Below the pieces are notes generated by a model. The model made no database searches and had not been told where the DNA came from. It saw nothing but the letters and a program-made list of their open reading frames with translations. Below, piece after piece: positions 49,346 to 59,726 of a stretch of 64,000 nt of DNA. A program made the translations under genes and the position numbers. Position 1 is the stretch's first letter, and every line of letters begins with the position of its first letter. Source of the DNA: Fonticula alba ATCC 38817 (Eukaryota; Protista; Nucleariida); NCBI GenBank assembly GCA_000388065.2, contig KB932207.1. The stretch is one strand, 5' to 3'.

Positions 49346-51057
49346 CTAGCCGAAGGCCGCATCGAAGTCGATGGTGTCCGTCCCGCCGGCCGACGAGCCA
49401 AAGAAGTCGTCGGTCGCCGGGGACGCGACCCCGGCCAGGGCCTTCTGCGGCTGGGCCCCAACGCCGAAGGCCGCGTCGAAGTCCCCCTCACCGACGCCGG
49501 CCGCCAGGAAGGGGTCAGCCTGGGCGCGGGCCGGGGTCGCCTCCGGAGCCTGGGCGCCACCGACGGCGCCCGCCGCGCCGAAGGCCCCATCAAAGTCGAA
49601 CTCCGCGGCCATGGGGGCGGCAGCCGGCGCCGGGGCCTGGCTCGACGTCTCGGCCCCAGCCCCGGCAGCGAAGGGGTCCACATCGATGATGCTGGCCGGG
49701 CGCGAGCTGCCGGCACTGCCGGGGCCGCCGGCACCACCGACACCACCGACACCACCGACACCGCCAAAGGCAGCGTTGAAGTCGATCATCTCCGTGGTCG
49801 AGGAGGAAACCGACCGGGGGGAGGCCGGCACGGCCGGCGCCTGGCCCGAGGCCGAGGCAATGCTGTTCAGCGATGTGAGCGAGCTACTGGCGGACGTAGG
49901 CCCATGGGCCCGGGGCGAGGTGGGCGCGGGCGCCGGGGCGCCGCCCGCACCGCCCCCGAAGGCCCCGTCAAAGTCGAACAGGTCCGAGGCCGGCGGGACG
50001 CCGGCAGGTCCGCCACTCGGGAGGGCCGCCCCGGCCGCCGGGGGCGAGAAGGCCTGGTCGAAGTCGATCGACTCGGCCGAGGCCAGCACCGGCGATGCCG
50101 GGGCCGCCGGGCTGCCGGTCGACGCCCCGAATGCCGAGTCAAAGTCCACCTCGGCATGGGCGCCGGCGGTTGTGGCCACCTGCGCCGCCGGCGCGGTGCT
50201 CGGTGTGCCAAAGGCCGAGTCAAAGTTGATGTCCGACCCGCCATCGGCCGGGGGGCCGCCGGCGCCGCCACCGAAGGCCGAATCGAAGTCCACCTCGGCG
50301 CCAGCGGCCGAACCGAAGAAGGCGTCCTCAGCATCGGACGCCGGCGAGAGGACGGCCGCCGGGGCCGGGGACAGCACAGCCGCCGGGGCCGGAGCCGATG
50401 CCAACGACGCCATGGATGCCAGGCTGCTGGTGCTGAGGCTGGCCAGGTCGAAGGGGATGCCGATGTGCGAGCCGCCAGGAGTGACCCTGCCCGGGGATGA
50501 GGGGGCAGCATCGACAGGGGCCGTGGCCGTGGCCGGGGCCGGGGTCGGGGCCGTGGCCGCGGCCACAGTCGGCACAGTCGGCACAGTCGGCACAGTCGGC
50601 ACAGTCGGCACAGTCGGCACAGTCGGCACAGTCGGCACAGTTGCCACGGCAAAAGGGTCATTGTCGCCGAAGAGATCGATGTCCGCCTGCGGTGCGGGGG
50701 CACTGGGCGTCGGCGCCGGAATCTCGACCGACATCAGGGACTCCGGCGCGAAGGCGGCATACGGGTCGATGGCCGCCGCGGCAGGGGCCGCCGACACGGC
50801 CGCCACCGTCGGCGAGGCGGCCCGCACCGGCATCGGATGACCGCCGACCGGCGAGGCCGGGCCCGACCGGGGGGCTTCCACCCCACCGGCGGCCGTCTGA
50901 GCACGAAGGGAGAGGACCTCCCCCAGCAGGCGGTCGCGCTCCAGCTGCAGCCCGCGAATGGTCTTGTCACGGATCTGTGGCCATGCCAAGGCCAGGGCCG
51001 GGCATGAGAAAGAGCGTCCAGGCCAGGGCAGCATGGGGGGCAAGGGCGCGGCCAGGG

Positions 51058-51096
<39 letters not shown>

Positions 51097-53150
51097 TGAG
51101 TCCACGGGCGAATGCGCGGGGCTGCGCGTGCGGATGGGCGCGTCGGCGTCCGAGAAAAGGTGCCAGGTGCCATACCTCAACATGGTGCACGGAGTCATCC
51201 CGAGCCTGGAGGGCCTCGGACAGCTTCTCCTGAAGGGCGTCCTTCTCCTGGCGCAGGGTGGCCCCCTCGGCCTGCAGGAGGACCAAGCGCGCCTTGGTCG
51301 TGGCAAGATCGTCCCGCACGGCAGCCAGCTGGTCGCGGACCTGGGCCAGCTCCTGGCTGCCGGCGGCCGCCTCGGCCTGGGCAGCCTCGAGAGCCTGGTC
51401 ACGGGCGGCGACCTCGGCCCGGGCAGCTTGCAGCTCCTGGCGGAGCTCCTCCAGCTCTCCGGCCGAAGGCCCGGATGCGGGGGCGGCGATCGGGGCCGGA
51501 GCCGGCTGCTTGGGCCGACCCCGCCGGAGGCACGAGAGGAGAGGACCCAAGGGCCGGGGAAAGCACAGGACCGGGGGCATGTCAGTGAGGAGGGCGGGAA
51601 AGGAAAAGCACCCACCGAGGAGGAGGACGAGGAGCAAGTCCCCGTCATCCATCGTTCGCCAGAGCATGGGGCGCGCACCTCGACCGGCGTGTCGAAGGCA
51701 ATGAGCGGCGAGCCGGACAAGGCCGGGCCCGAGCCGGGGCCCGGCGAGTCCAGCCCAGCCACCGGGCTCGGGCTGTGCAGGGCCGCCGGACTGCCGGCGT
51801 TCGAGGTGGAACCCAGCGAGGGGCTGCCCGGGGCCGGCGACTCGCGGAACTGCGGCGGAACCAGGGCCGGCAGCAGGACCGCCGGCACGGCCGCATCACC
51901 AGCCCCCGGGACCCCGCCAGCCGCCTCGGCCGCCAGCGACACCAGCATCAGGGCCACCGCCAGCTCATCGTGGCCAAGGCCGTCCATGGCGGCCGGCGAC
52001 CGTTTGGCCAGCTTCCACACCCGGCTCAGGCCGGCCGATGTCAAGGCCCCGGCCGAGTGCGACAGCAGGACGTCCCGCACCTGGACCGAGGACAGACGCT
52101 GGCCACCATGCGCGGCAATCAGCTTCCCGGCCATGGCCAGAGCCGAGGGGTCCACCAGCCAGGTCTCCGCGCGCCGAGTGCTCCCCCCGAGGGTGGCGCC
52201 GCGCATGGTGTTCGACCGAGACAGGGTGGACCCGGCCAGCTCCGGCGACAGGGGCGGCCCGGCTCCGGTCACCGGCGAATGCGGCGGGATCTCCAGGCGC
52301 AGGGACCCTCCCGGTGGCCCGGCTCCTCCGGCGCCCGAGTGGATCATGGCCGAGAAGGTGCTGTCCGGGCGAAGGGCCGACCCCGGGGGCGAGGCCGTCG
52401 GGGAGGAGGCAGCCGCGGCCACGGCCGCGGCCCCCGGCGTACCCGGAGCACTTAGAATGCATGCCAGCATGTGGGCCATCTCCGGGGACCCGGCCGACAC
52501 CGGGGCCGGCGGCAGGAGTTCCACCAGGCGCTCCGGTGCCCCGGCCAGCGCGGGATTGATCTTGGCCATGGTGCGCAGCCCATCCAGGATGCCGGTCGAC
52601 AGGACCACCCCCTTGAGGGTGAGGACATTGCCGCTGCCGGTGTTGAGGGATGTGAGCTCCCTGCGACGGGGGGCGGGGGGAGGGTTGGCAGGCGCCGCGC
52701 GGCAGGGGACCGTCCAGCAGGGCAAGGCCGCAGGGCGCGCCAGGCGTGTTCATGTGCGTGCGTCCGTGCGCCCGTGCAAATGGCCGAGGGACATATGGAG
52801 GAAAAGGGGGTCAGTGCCGGCGCAAGGGTATATGTACACACCATGGCACCGAACGGGAGACCGTGCGCACCCGCACGCACGCACCAGACACGGCGGAGGA
52901 CCACCGGCGGCAGGCCCGAACGGAAGAAGAGCCGATCGTAGGCATCCTGCGCCGGGAGGAAGGGCGGCGCCTCGGACTCCGGGCCCATGAGGAAGGCCAC
53001 CACGGAGGGCAAGTCCGCTTCGGCCACCGGGTGCGTGGCCTGGGTCAGGGCCAGGAAGAACTTGCACACCGACTGCACCCGATCCAGGGGGGGAGGGATC
53101 CAGGGAAGGGTCGACCCCGGGCCGGTGGCGGCAACGGGTGCGGGGGGAGT

Positions 53151-53183
<33 letters not shown>

Positions 53184-53851
53184 CGGCGTGGCGGCAGCAG
53201 CGCCAGGGGCGGTCGGCATGGGTGGGGCGTGCGCGCCGGCCTGGCTGTCGGCCATGCGGCGCGACTCGAACTCGCGATTGGCCATCTGCACGCTCTGCAG
53301 CGTGAGTCCCTGAAGATCGACCGGGAGAATGTCTGCAGCAGGGAGGGGAAGGGGGGAGATGGTCCCCGCGGCGTGGTTCCACGTTAGCAAGTGACCTTGG
53401 CACGCGCGCGTACGCACCAGGGGCAGGGCCGGCACCGGCAGGAGGCGGTGTCCACGTACTGTCCAACTTGTCGATCTCAATCGGTGACACGGCCCCGGAG
53501 AGGGAGCGAATCTGCGGCGACTTGGCCGCCAAGTTCTGGCCGATGACGGCCATTGCCCAGCTCTGCCACTGGCCTGGCAGGTGGCCCCGTTGGATGAGCG
53601 ACGCCAGGCGCATGAGCCGGCGGAAGGTGGACCGGTTGAGGCGAGGGGCCGGGGTGGTTGATGTGAGCCCCTCCTGGGGCGGCGACATTGCCGGAGACAC
53701 CGCCAGGCCAAAGGGAGCCGGCAGCCCTGGCACCAGCCCCTCAAACAGGAGCACAAGAATCTGCCATGCGATCCCCGGAGGACGGGCCGAGAAAGAGGCA
53801 GTCCAGGGAAAGGGGGGGAGGTTAGTATTGCGGCAGGACCGGCCAAGAGGC

Positions 53852-53919
<68 letters not shown>

Positions 53920-54239
53920 ATGTGTGTGTGTGTGCGTGTGTGTGTGTGTGTGCGTGTGTGTGTGTGTGCGTGTGCGTGTGCATACACGCATGCATGCATG
54001 CGCACGATCTTGGTGTCGGCTTCCGAAAGCCGGGTCCGCTTGAGCAGCGGCCACACACCGGAAGTTTCATCCAGAACCAGCAGGTCCTCCACCGGCTTGA
54101 AGCGCGCCGACGGATCGGTCGGGGTGACGATCGCCGTGTCACCGGCGCCGCCGGGCCCTGTCACGGGGTGCCGACTCGACGCCTGGATACACCGGGTGAA
54201 GAGGGCCCCGTAGAGCTCGGTCTCCTGGAAGGAGTACAT
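49346..54239 (-). CDS. EPS15: Eps15/Ede1-like endocytic adaptor (three EH domains, coiled coil, DPF/DFDxAF tail)
   Basis: Six exons. EH signatures [25 protein letters not shown] and [13 protein letters not shown]...DELAVALML...[11 protein letters not shown]; heptad region; acidic-Phe motifs. The start codon is uncertain (54239 or 54371). Confidence 0.8.
50565..50642 (-). repeat. Coding 9-bp repeat, 8 copies, encoding (VPT)n
   Basis: (ACAGTCGGC)8 on the plus strand, in the EH-protein tail. Confidence 0.95.
53856..53990. repeat. (TG)n/(CA)n microsatellite in EH gene intron 1
   Basis: About 135 nt of near-perfect TG; a TACTAAC branch point follows on the sense strand (plus-strand GTTAGTA at 53821-53827). 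Confidence 0.95.
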
Positions 54240-55314
54240 GCCGAGGGTGGGGGGTGAGCGAAGAGAAGAAGAACAAAGGGAGGGGGAGGGAGAGACAAGA
54301 CACTGCCCCGGCTGGGGATACAAGTAAAGAGGGGGCAGTCGGCAGGGGGAGGGGGAGGGGGAGGAAGCCATGGATGCCTAAGCCCGGGCTCGGCCAGTCA
54401 CCCTACCCCTCCTGAAAAGATCCAGGGGCCCCAGCTGCGGCTGCGGTGGCGGGCGCAATTCGACACCAAGCGGGCGCCGGATTGCCGGGCAGCAAGGGGC
54501 ATTTGACTCACCTCCCCCCGAGGTGGCCGATCTCCTCCAGAATCCAGGGGCCAACCCGGGGAGGACCAGCAGAGGGAGGCGCGGGAATGTGGCCGAGCCG
54601 CCCCGGCCCCGCCCCCCGCCTTCCCCCCCCCCCCTCCGGGCACCGGACGAGGGGCCCATCCGCCAAAAGACCACGGCCGGGAGTGGAAATTAACACTTCG
54701 CCCGTGTTCGCGACCCACCGCCAGGGGGTCCCAGGCTCGAGCCAAGAAAAGAACCGGTAAAAAGCAGGCACCAAGCACATTCCCCCTCCCCCGCCCGCCG
54801 GAGACCATCCCTCCGCACACCCCCGGGCACCGCTCCTCGCCCCCCTCCCCATCCGGCCTGAAAAAGGTGACATCGCTCTGGGTATGCGCGCGCCGGGCGA
54901 CTGGGTGTCGTTGTCCTCCTCACCATCCTCACCGTCCTCCGCCGGAGGACTGGCCCGCCACGCTCCGGGAGGGCCCCGCGCTCCGGGGCCGATCGGCGCG
55001 CGCGCTCCGCCGGTCCGCCGGGACGAGAAGGGACGGGATCACGCCTCCACGCGCCCGCGCACGTGCATCCTGCTATCGCTTCCAATGGCATTCGAACCGG
55101 CCAGGCCAACAGCCGTCGCCAGGCAAGCGGTCCCCGGGGACGGGGCGGGCGGGAGGGGCTGGATAATGCGCACCGAAACATGGACATCGCCCGACGGTGA
55201 GCAGCGCGCATGCACACACGCACACACACACACACACACNNNNNNNNNNNNNNNNNNNNNNNNNNNNNNNNNNNNNNNNNNNNNNNNNNNNNNNNNNNNN
55301 NNNNNNNNNNNNNN

Positions 55315-55356
<42 letters not shown>

Positions 55357-55497
55357 TATCGCGTCCTATTCCCACACGGGTGGAGGGCGTGTATTTGATT
55401 CATCCTGTAGGGGCGCGGCTTGCTCCTTTGTTCCCCCTCCTTCGGTCCCGCATCGGGCGATGCATGGGGCCGAGGTCAGGCGAAGGAAGGGGACAGC

Positions 55498-56290
55498 CTA
55501 GTCGCGGCTCTCAGCGCCAGCCTCAGGGTCCGGTCGGCGGTTGGACCCCGGGCTCTGAGCACGCCGGGGCTCCTCGAGGCTCCGATCGCGGCTGCGGCCA
55601 CGGCTCCGATCGCGCTTGCGATCGCGGCTCCGGTCCCGACTACGGTCGCGCTTGCGGTCGCGGCTCCGGTCGCGGCTCCGGTCGCGGCGGCGACTGCGGC
55701 TCTCGCGGTCGCGGCTCCGGTCCCGACGGTCCGACCGCCGGTCCGACCGCCGGTCGTCATCGCGTACCGGAGACCGAGACCCGGGGCTGTGGCTCCGGTT
55801 GTCCGCCTCGTCGTGAGGCGATTGTGACCGGCTGCGGCGGCGCTCATGTCGCCGCGACCGCCGCCGCGACCGCCGCCGATCGCGACTGTCGCTGCGGCTG
55901 CGCGAGCGGCGGCGCTCACGCCGGGAGGACCGCCGCCGCCGGCTCCGGCGATCGTCCTCAGACTCGGACTCCGACCCGCTGTCGCCATCGGAGGCAGAGG
56001 ACCCGGAGGGGGACTCCTCGCGGCGGCGCTCGCGCTCGCGCTTGCGCGCGTGCTCGCGCAGCATCTTCTTCCGATGCCGGATCAAGTTCTCCGAATGGTC
56101 CGACGGCTCGGTGTAGGCCTTCGGCTCGTCTTTCCCCTTCTCACGGTGCCATTCCTCCCTGCAGCCAGTCCGGAGGGCATCATGAAGGTCAGTGACAGGC
56201 AGCTAGGCCGGGGCAGGGAGGGCGGCAGGCCACGCACCAGCTAAGCCCGGCCTTCTTGCGAAGGGCGATCTTTTCCTGGATTGTGAACAT
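55498..56290 (-). CDS. FAM133-like RS/RD-rich nuclear protein
   Basis: Two exons: MFTIQEKIALRKKAGLSW-EEWHREKGK...NLIRHRKKML resembles FAM133 [20 protein letters not shown]...ELEKHREKLL, followed by an acidic Ser tract and RS/RD repeats. Confidence 0.6.
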
Positions 56291-56358
56291 GGTGGTGGCG
56301 GCGGTGGCGAACGGGGAGGCTGAGCGCTATGGATGCAGGTGTCGTAGTGTGTCGTTGT

Positions 56359-56440
56359 GGGTGCGGGTGCGGGAGCGGGTGCGGGTGCGGGTGCGGGTGC
56401 GGGTGCGGGTGCGGGTGCGGGTGCGGGAGCGGGTGCGGGT
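56359..56440. repeat. (GTGCGG)n hexamer array just upstream of the FAM133-like start
   Basis: About 13 copies, visible directly. Confidence 0.9.
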
Positions 56441-57288
56441 GTGCTTGAGTGTGAAGGTGCTGTTCTCCTTGGCGAGGAGGGGGGGGGGGGAGGCGGGAGG
56501 GCAGAAGGGTGGTGGAGGGGCGTCTGTTCTGCCCGTACGGTGGCCGGGGTTAAGCGCCGACGTTCCTTTTCGAGGCCCCTACGTTTGGCCCACAGCCGTT
56601 GACCAAGCCCACGGCCTCACTGCGTGGTCAGCTCCCTGCACTGGTCCGGGGCAGCCACCGGCGGACCAGTGGGCTAATCCGCCGCCGGTCACGGGGCCCC
56701 TCGTCACGGGGCCCGGGTCCAAGGGCTGCCCCTGTTTGCCCTTCCGCCGGTCTCCCTGCGAAGGTGGGGGGGGGGGGGCGGCGGCCCGGCGAGCGCCGAG
56801 TTTTTTCGTGCGCGCCCCCCCCTCCCGCTGTTGCCCCGCGTCTCTCCACCGCGTACCGAGGTAGCGGTCCGACACAGCAACAGCGGGCAAGAACAATGCC
56901 CCCCCCCCCCCCCCCCCCCCTCCCGGCTGGCCACCCGGCCGGCCCTGGGACGAGGGGGGGGGGCGGGCGAAGCCCCCAGAGGAGGTCGGGCAAGGTACAC
57001 CACCCCAGCCAGGGGGCGAGGGGCGAAGGACCCGCATTTTTCGGAACCGTCCCCCAAGCCGCGGCCCCTTTGTTGGGCTTGGAGACACAGGATTGTTTTT
57101 TTTTCCATTTCTCCCCCCTCCCTGCACCCCTGCTCACTGTACGGGATCGCACCCCNNNNNNNNNNNNNNNNNNNNNNNNNNNNNNNNNNNNNNNNNNNNN
57201 NNNNNNNNNNNNNNNNNNNNNNNNNNNNCCCCCCGCGCCCCTGCTGACCCAGCCTTGCCCCTCTCGCACCTCCTCCCTGCAGCAAACC

Positions 57289-58686
57289 ATGTGGAAGAGC
57301 GCCACCTCCAACGTCCCTCCCCCCCGCGTCAACACCATCGCCAACACCCATGACGATGATGACGACTGGGATACCGACCCCACCTTTGTGGTGCGCCGCA
57401 TGCCCTTCGCGCCTCGCCCTGTGCTCCTGCCCCCGCCCTGACGCCTTACTGCTCGCCCATCCTCAGAACGACGTCTCCGAGCGCGAGCAGCGCTTCGGGT
57501 CCAAGACCGTGGCCAACTCCGGCCGCACCGAGGAGGTGATCGACATCCATGCCCTCCGCTCGACCACCATCCACACTCACGAGAGCAAGGTCCGCTCCGA
57601 GTATGAGGCCCGGTGCGTGGACAAGCCCCCGTCCCCCCTCCCCGGTGGCGCCCCCCTCCCCCCCCCCTCCTTCTCTCCCTGCCTCTCCCTTCACCTTCTC
57701 GCCCTTCCCCCGTGTGGCCTCCTTCGGCAACTGACCTGCTGGGGCGACGACAACAACAAATGCTCGGCCCATGACACGGCACCCGCAGCGGCAAGTTCTC
57801 CTTCGGCTATGGCGGCGCGCATGGCGTGCACAACAGCGACCAGTCGGTCGGCACCTCGGCCTCCCCGGCCGCCCATGAGTCCGTGCCGAAGTACGTTCCC
57901 CCGACCAAGACCGAGGTCTCGGCCCCGGCCTCCAGCCTGCGCAGCAAGTTCGAGTCCCTGTCGATGGCCAACGAGAATGCCGCCCGCCAGGAGGAGGAGG
58001 AGGCTCGTCGTCGTCGCGAGGAGGCCGATCGCCGGGAGCAGGAGCGCCTTGCCCGCCAGGAGCAGGAGCGCCTCGCCCGCGAGGAGGCCGACCAGCAGCG
58101 CCAGGAGGCCGCGCGCCAGGCCGAGCAGGAGCGCCTGGCCCGTGAGCAGGAGGCCGACCGCGAGGCGGCCGCCGCTCGCCAGGCTGAGCAGGCCCACCAG
58201 ACTGCCGAGGCCGATGCCGAGCGCGCCGAGCAGGAGCGCTACGCCCGCGAGCAGGCCGAGTACCAGGCCGAGCAGGAGCGCTACGCCCGCGAGCAGGCCG
58301 AGTACGAGGCTCAGCAGGCTGCGTATGAGGCCCAGCAGGCCGAGTATGAGGCCCAGCAGGCTGCCGCCGCCGCCGAGGCCGAGGCCGCCGCTGCCGCCGC
58401 CGAGGCCGAGGCCGCCGCCGCCGCCGCCGCTGCCGAGGCTGAGGCCGCCGCCGCCGCTGCTGCCGCCGCCGCCGAGGCCGCTACTCCCGCCGCCGACGGC
58501 GCTGCCGCCGATGAGGGGACCACCGCCATCGCCCTGTACGACTACGCCGCTGCCGATTCTGACGAGCTGACCCTCTACGAGGGTGCGCGCCTGACTCAGA
58601 TCGAGGTTGTCGATGAGAACTGGTGGCGTGGCTACTGCGATGGCAACTACGGCATGTTCCCCTCGAACTATGTTGAGCTCCAGTAA
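57289..58686 (+). CDS. CTTN: Cortactin/HS1-like protein (NTA domain, about one repeat, helical region, SH3)
   Basis: Three exons: MWKS...[30 protein letters not shown]...IDIHALR matches the cortactin NTA ([25 protein letters not shown]); SFGYGGAHGV repeat remnant; C-terminal SH3 ALYDY...ENWWRG...GMFPSNYVEL. Confidence 0.9.
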
Positions 58687-59291
58687 AATGGCCACCGCAC
58701 CCTCCCCTCCTTTCCCCGGCATGCGGGTGCGCGTGTCTGCCTTTTCGGTCGGAAGGACGGACGGCCCGTGCGGCAAGCGCCGCTCTCGTCCCTCCTTCCC
58801 CCCTTTGTCTGTCTCTCTGCCTTTCCCCCCCACCCCCCTGTCCGCACGGCAAACATGCCGAGAGGGGAGAGGTGCTGCGTGGGTTTCTCTCACTCCTCGC
58901 CGCGCACAGCCCTCTGCGCGGCCGCGCCCTCCCCTCCCAACATGTGCATGCGCATGCAATACATACGAATAGTTACGCCCCTGGTTGCATGCGTGCTTTG
59001 GGTGCACATGCACATCCAGGCCGACCCGGCGGCGGGGGGTGTGGGGGAGGGAGCACCGGGGGGGGGGGGGGGGGGTCCGGGACGTGCCGCAGCTGTTCGG
59101 CGGCATACTGCGCGGTGCCCCAGCGATATGGGGGGCAGGGGGCGAGGTGGGGCGGGATGCGGTCACCACCCCCGGGGGGGGGGGCAAATGCCGACGGACG
59201 CCCCCCTCCCCCATGCGCGCCACCATGGGGCTCTCTGATCGGGCCCGGGGCCAGAGAGCCGCGCTGACGACGCCGCCCACACACACACGTA

Positions 59292-59323
<32 letters not shown>

Positions 59324-59726
59324 CGAGGAAGGGGGGCACCCGGATACGTGTGTGAACAGGGGGAGGGGCGGGCGGGGGACGCTGCTGGTGATTGGCAGTC
59401 GGCAGGGCCCATCCGCGGGCCGGAAGCGGCCAGCGGGGGATCCCCGCCCGCGACCGTGCCGTCAGACAGATCCGAGCACATGGGTGCAGGCGCCGCCGGA
59501 CGCCCCTTCAAGAGCAGGCATCCCGTGCGCCGGGCTCATGCCTCCTAGCGAATAGCCCCCCCTTCTCCCCCTTGCCTCCTCCCTCCTTCGCCGCCTTTGC
59601 TTGCCGGCCCCACCCCACACGCGCACGCGATCTCGCCCAAAGGCAGCATACGGCACGGATTCGCTGCACCTGCCCTGGCCTTTTTCCTGGCCCCTCCCCC
59701 CGCTCTCCGGTCCTCCTCCCTTGCGT

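Noticed and set aside
59601-59726. In-frame upstream extension or a POLGARF-like overlapping ORF at POLG
   Set aside because: Only a TTG-started open stretch in pyrimidine-rich leader DNA, with no evidence of translation.
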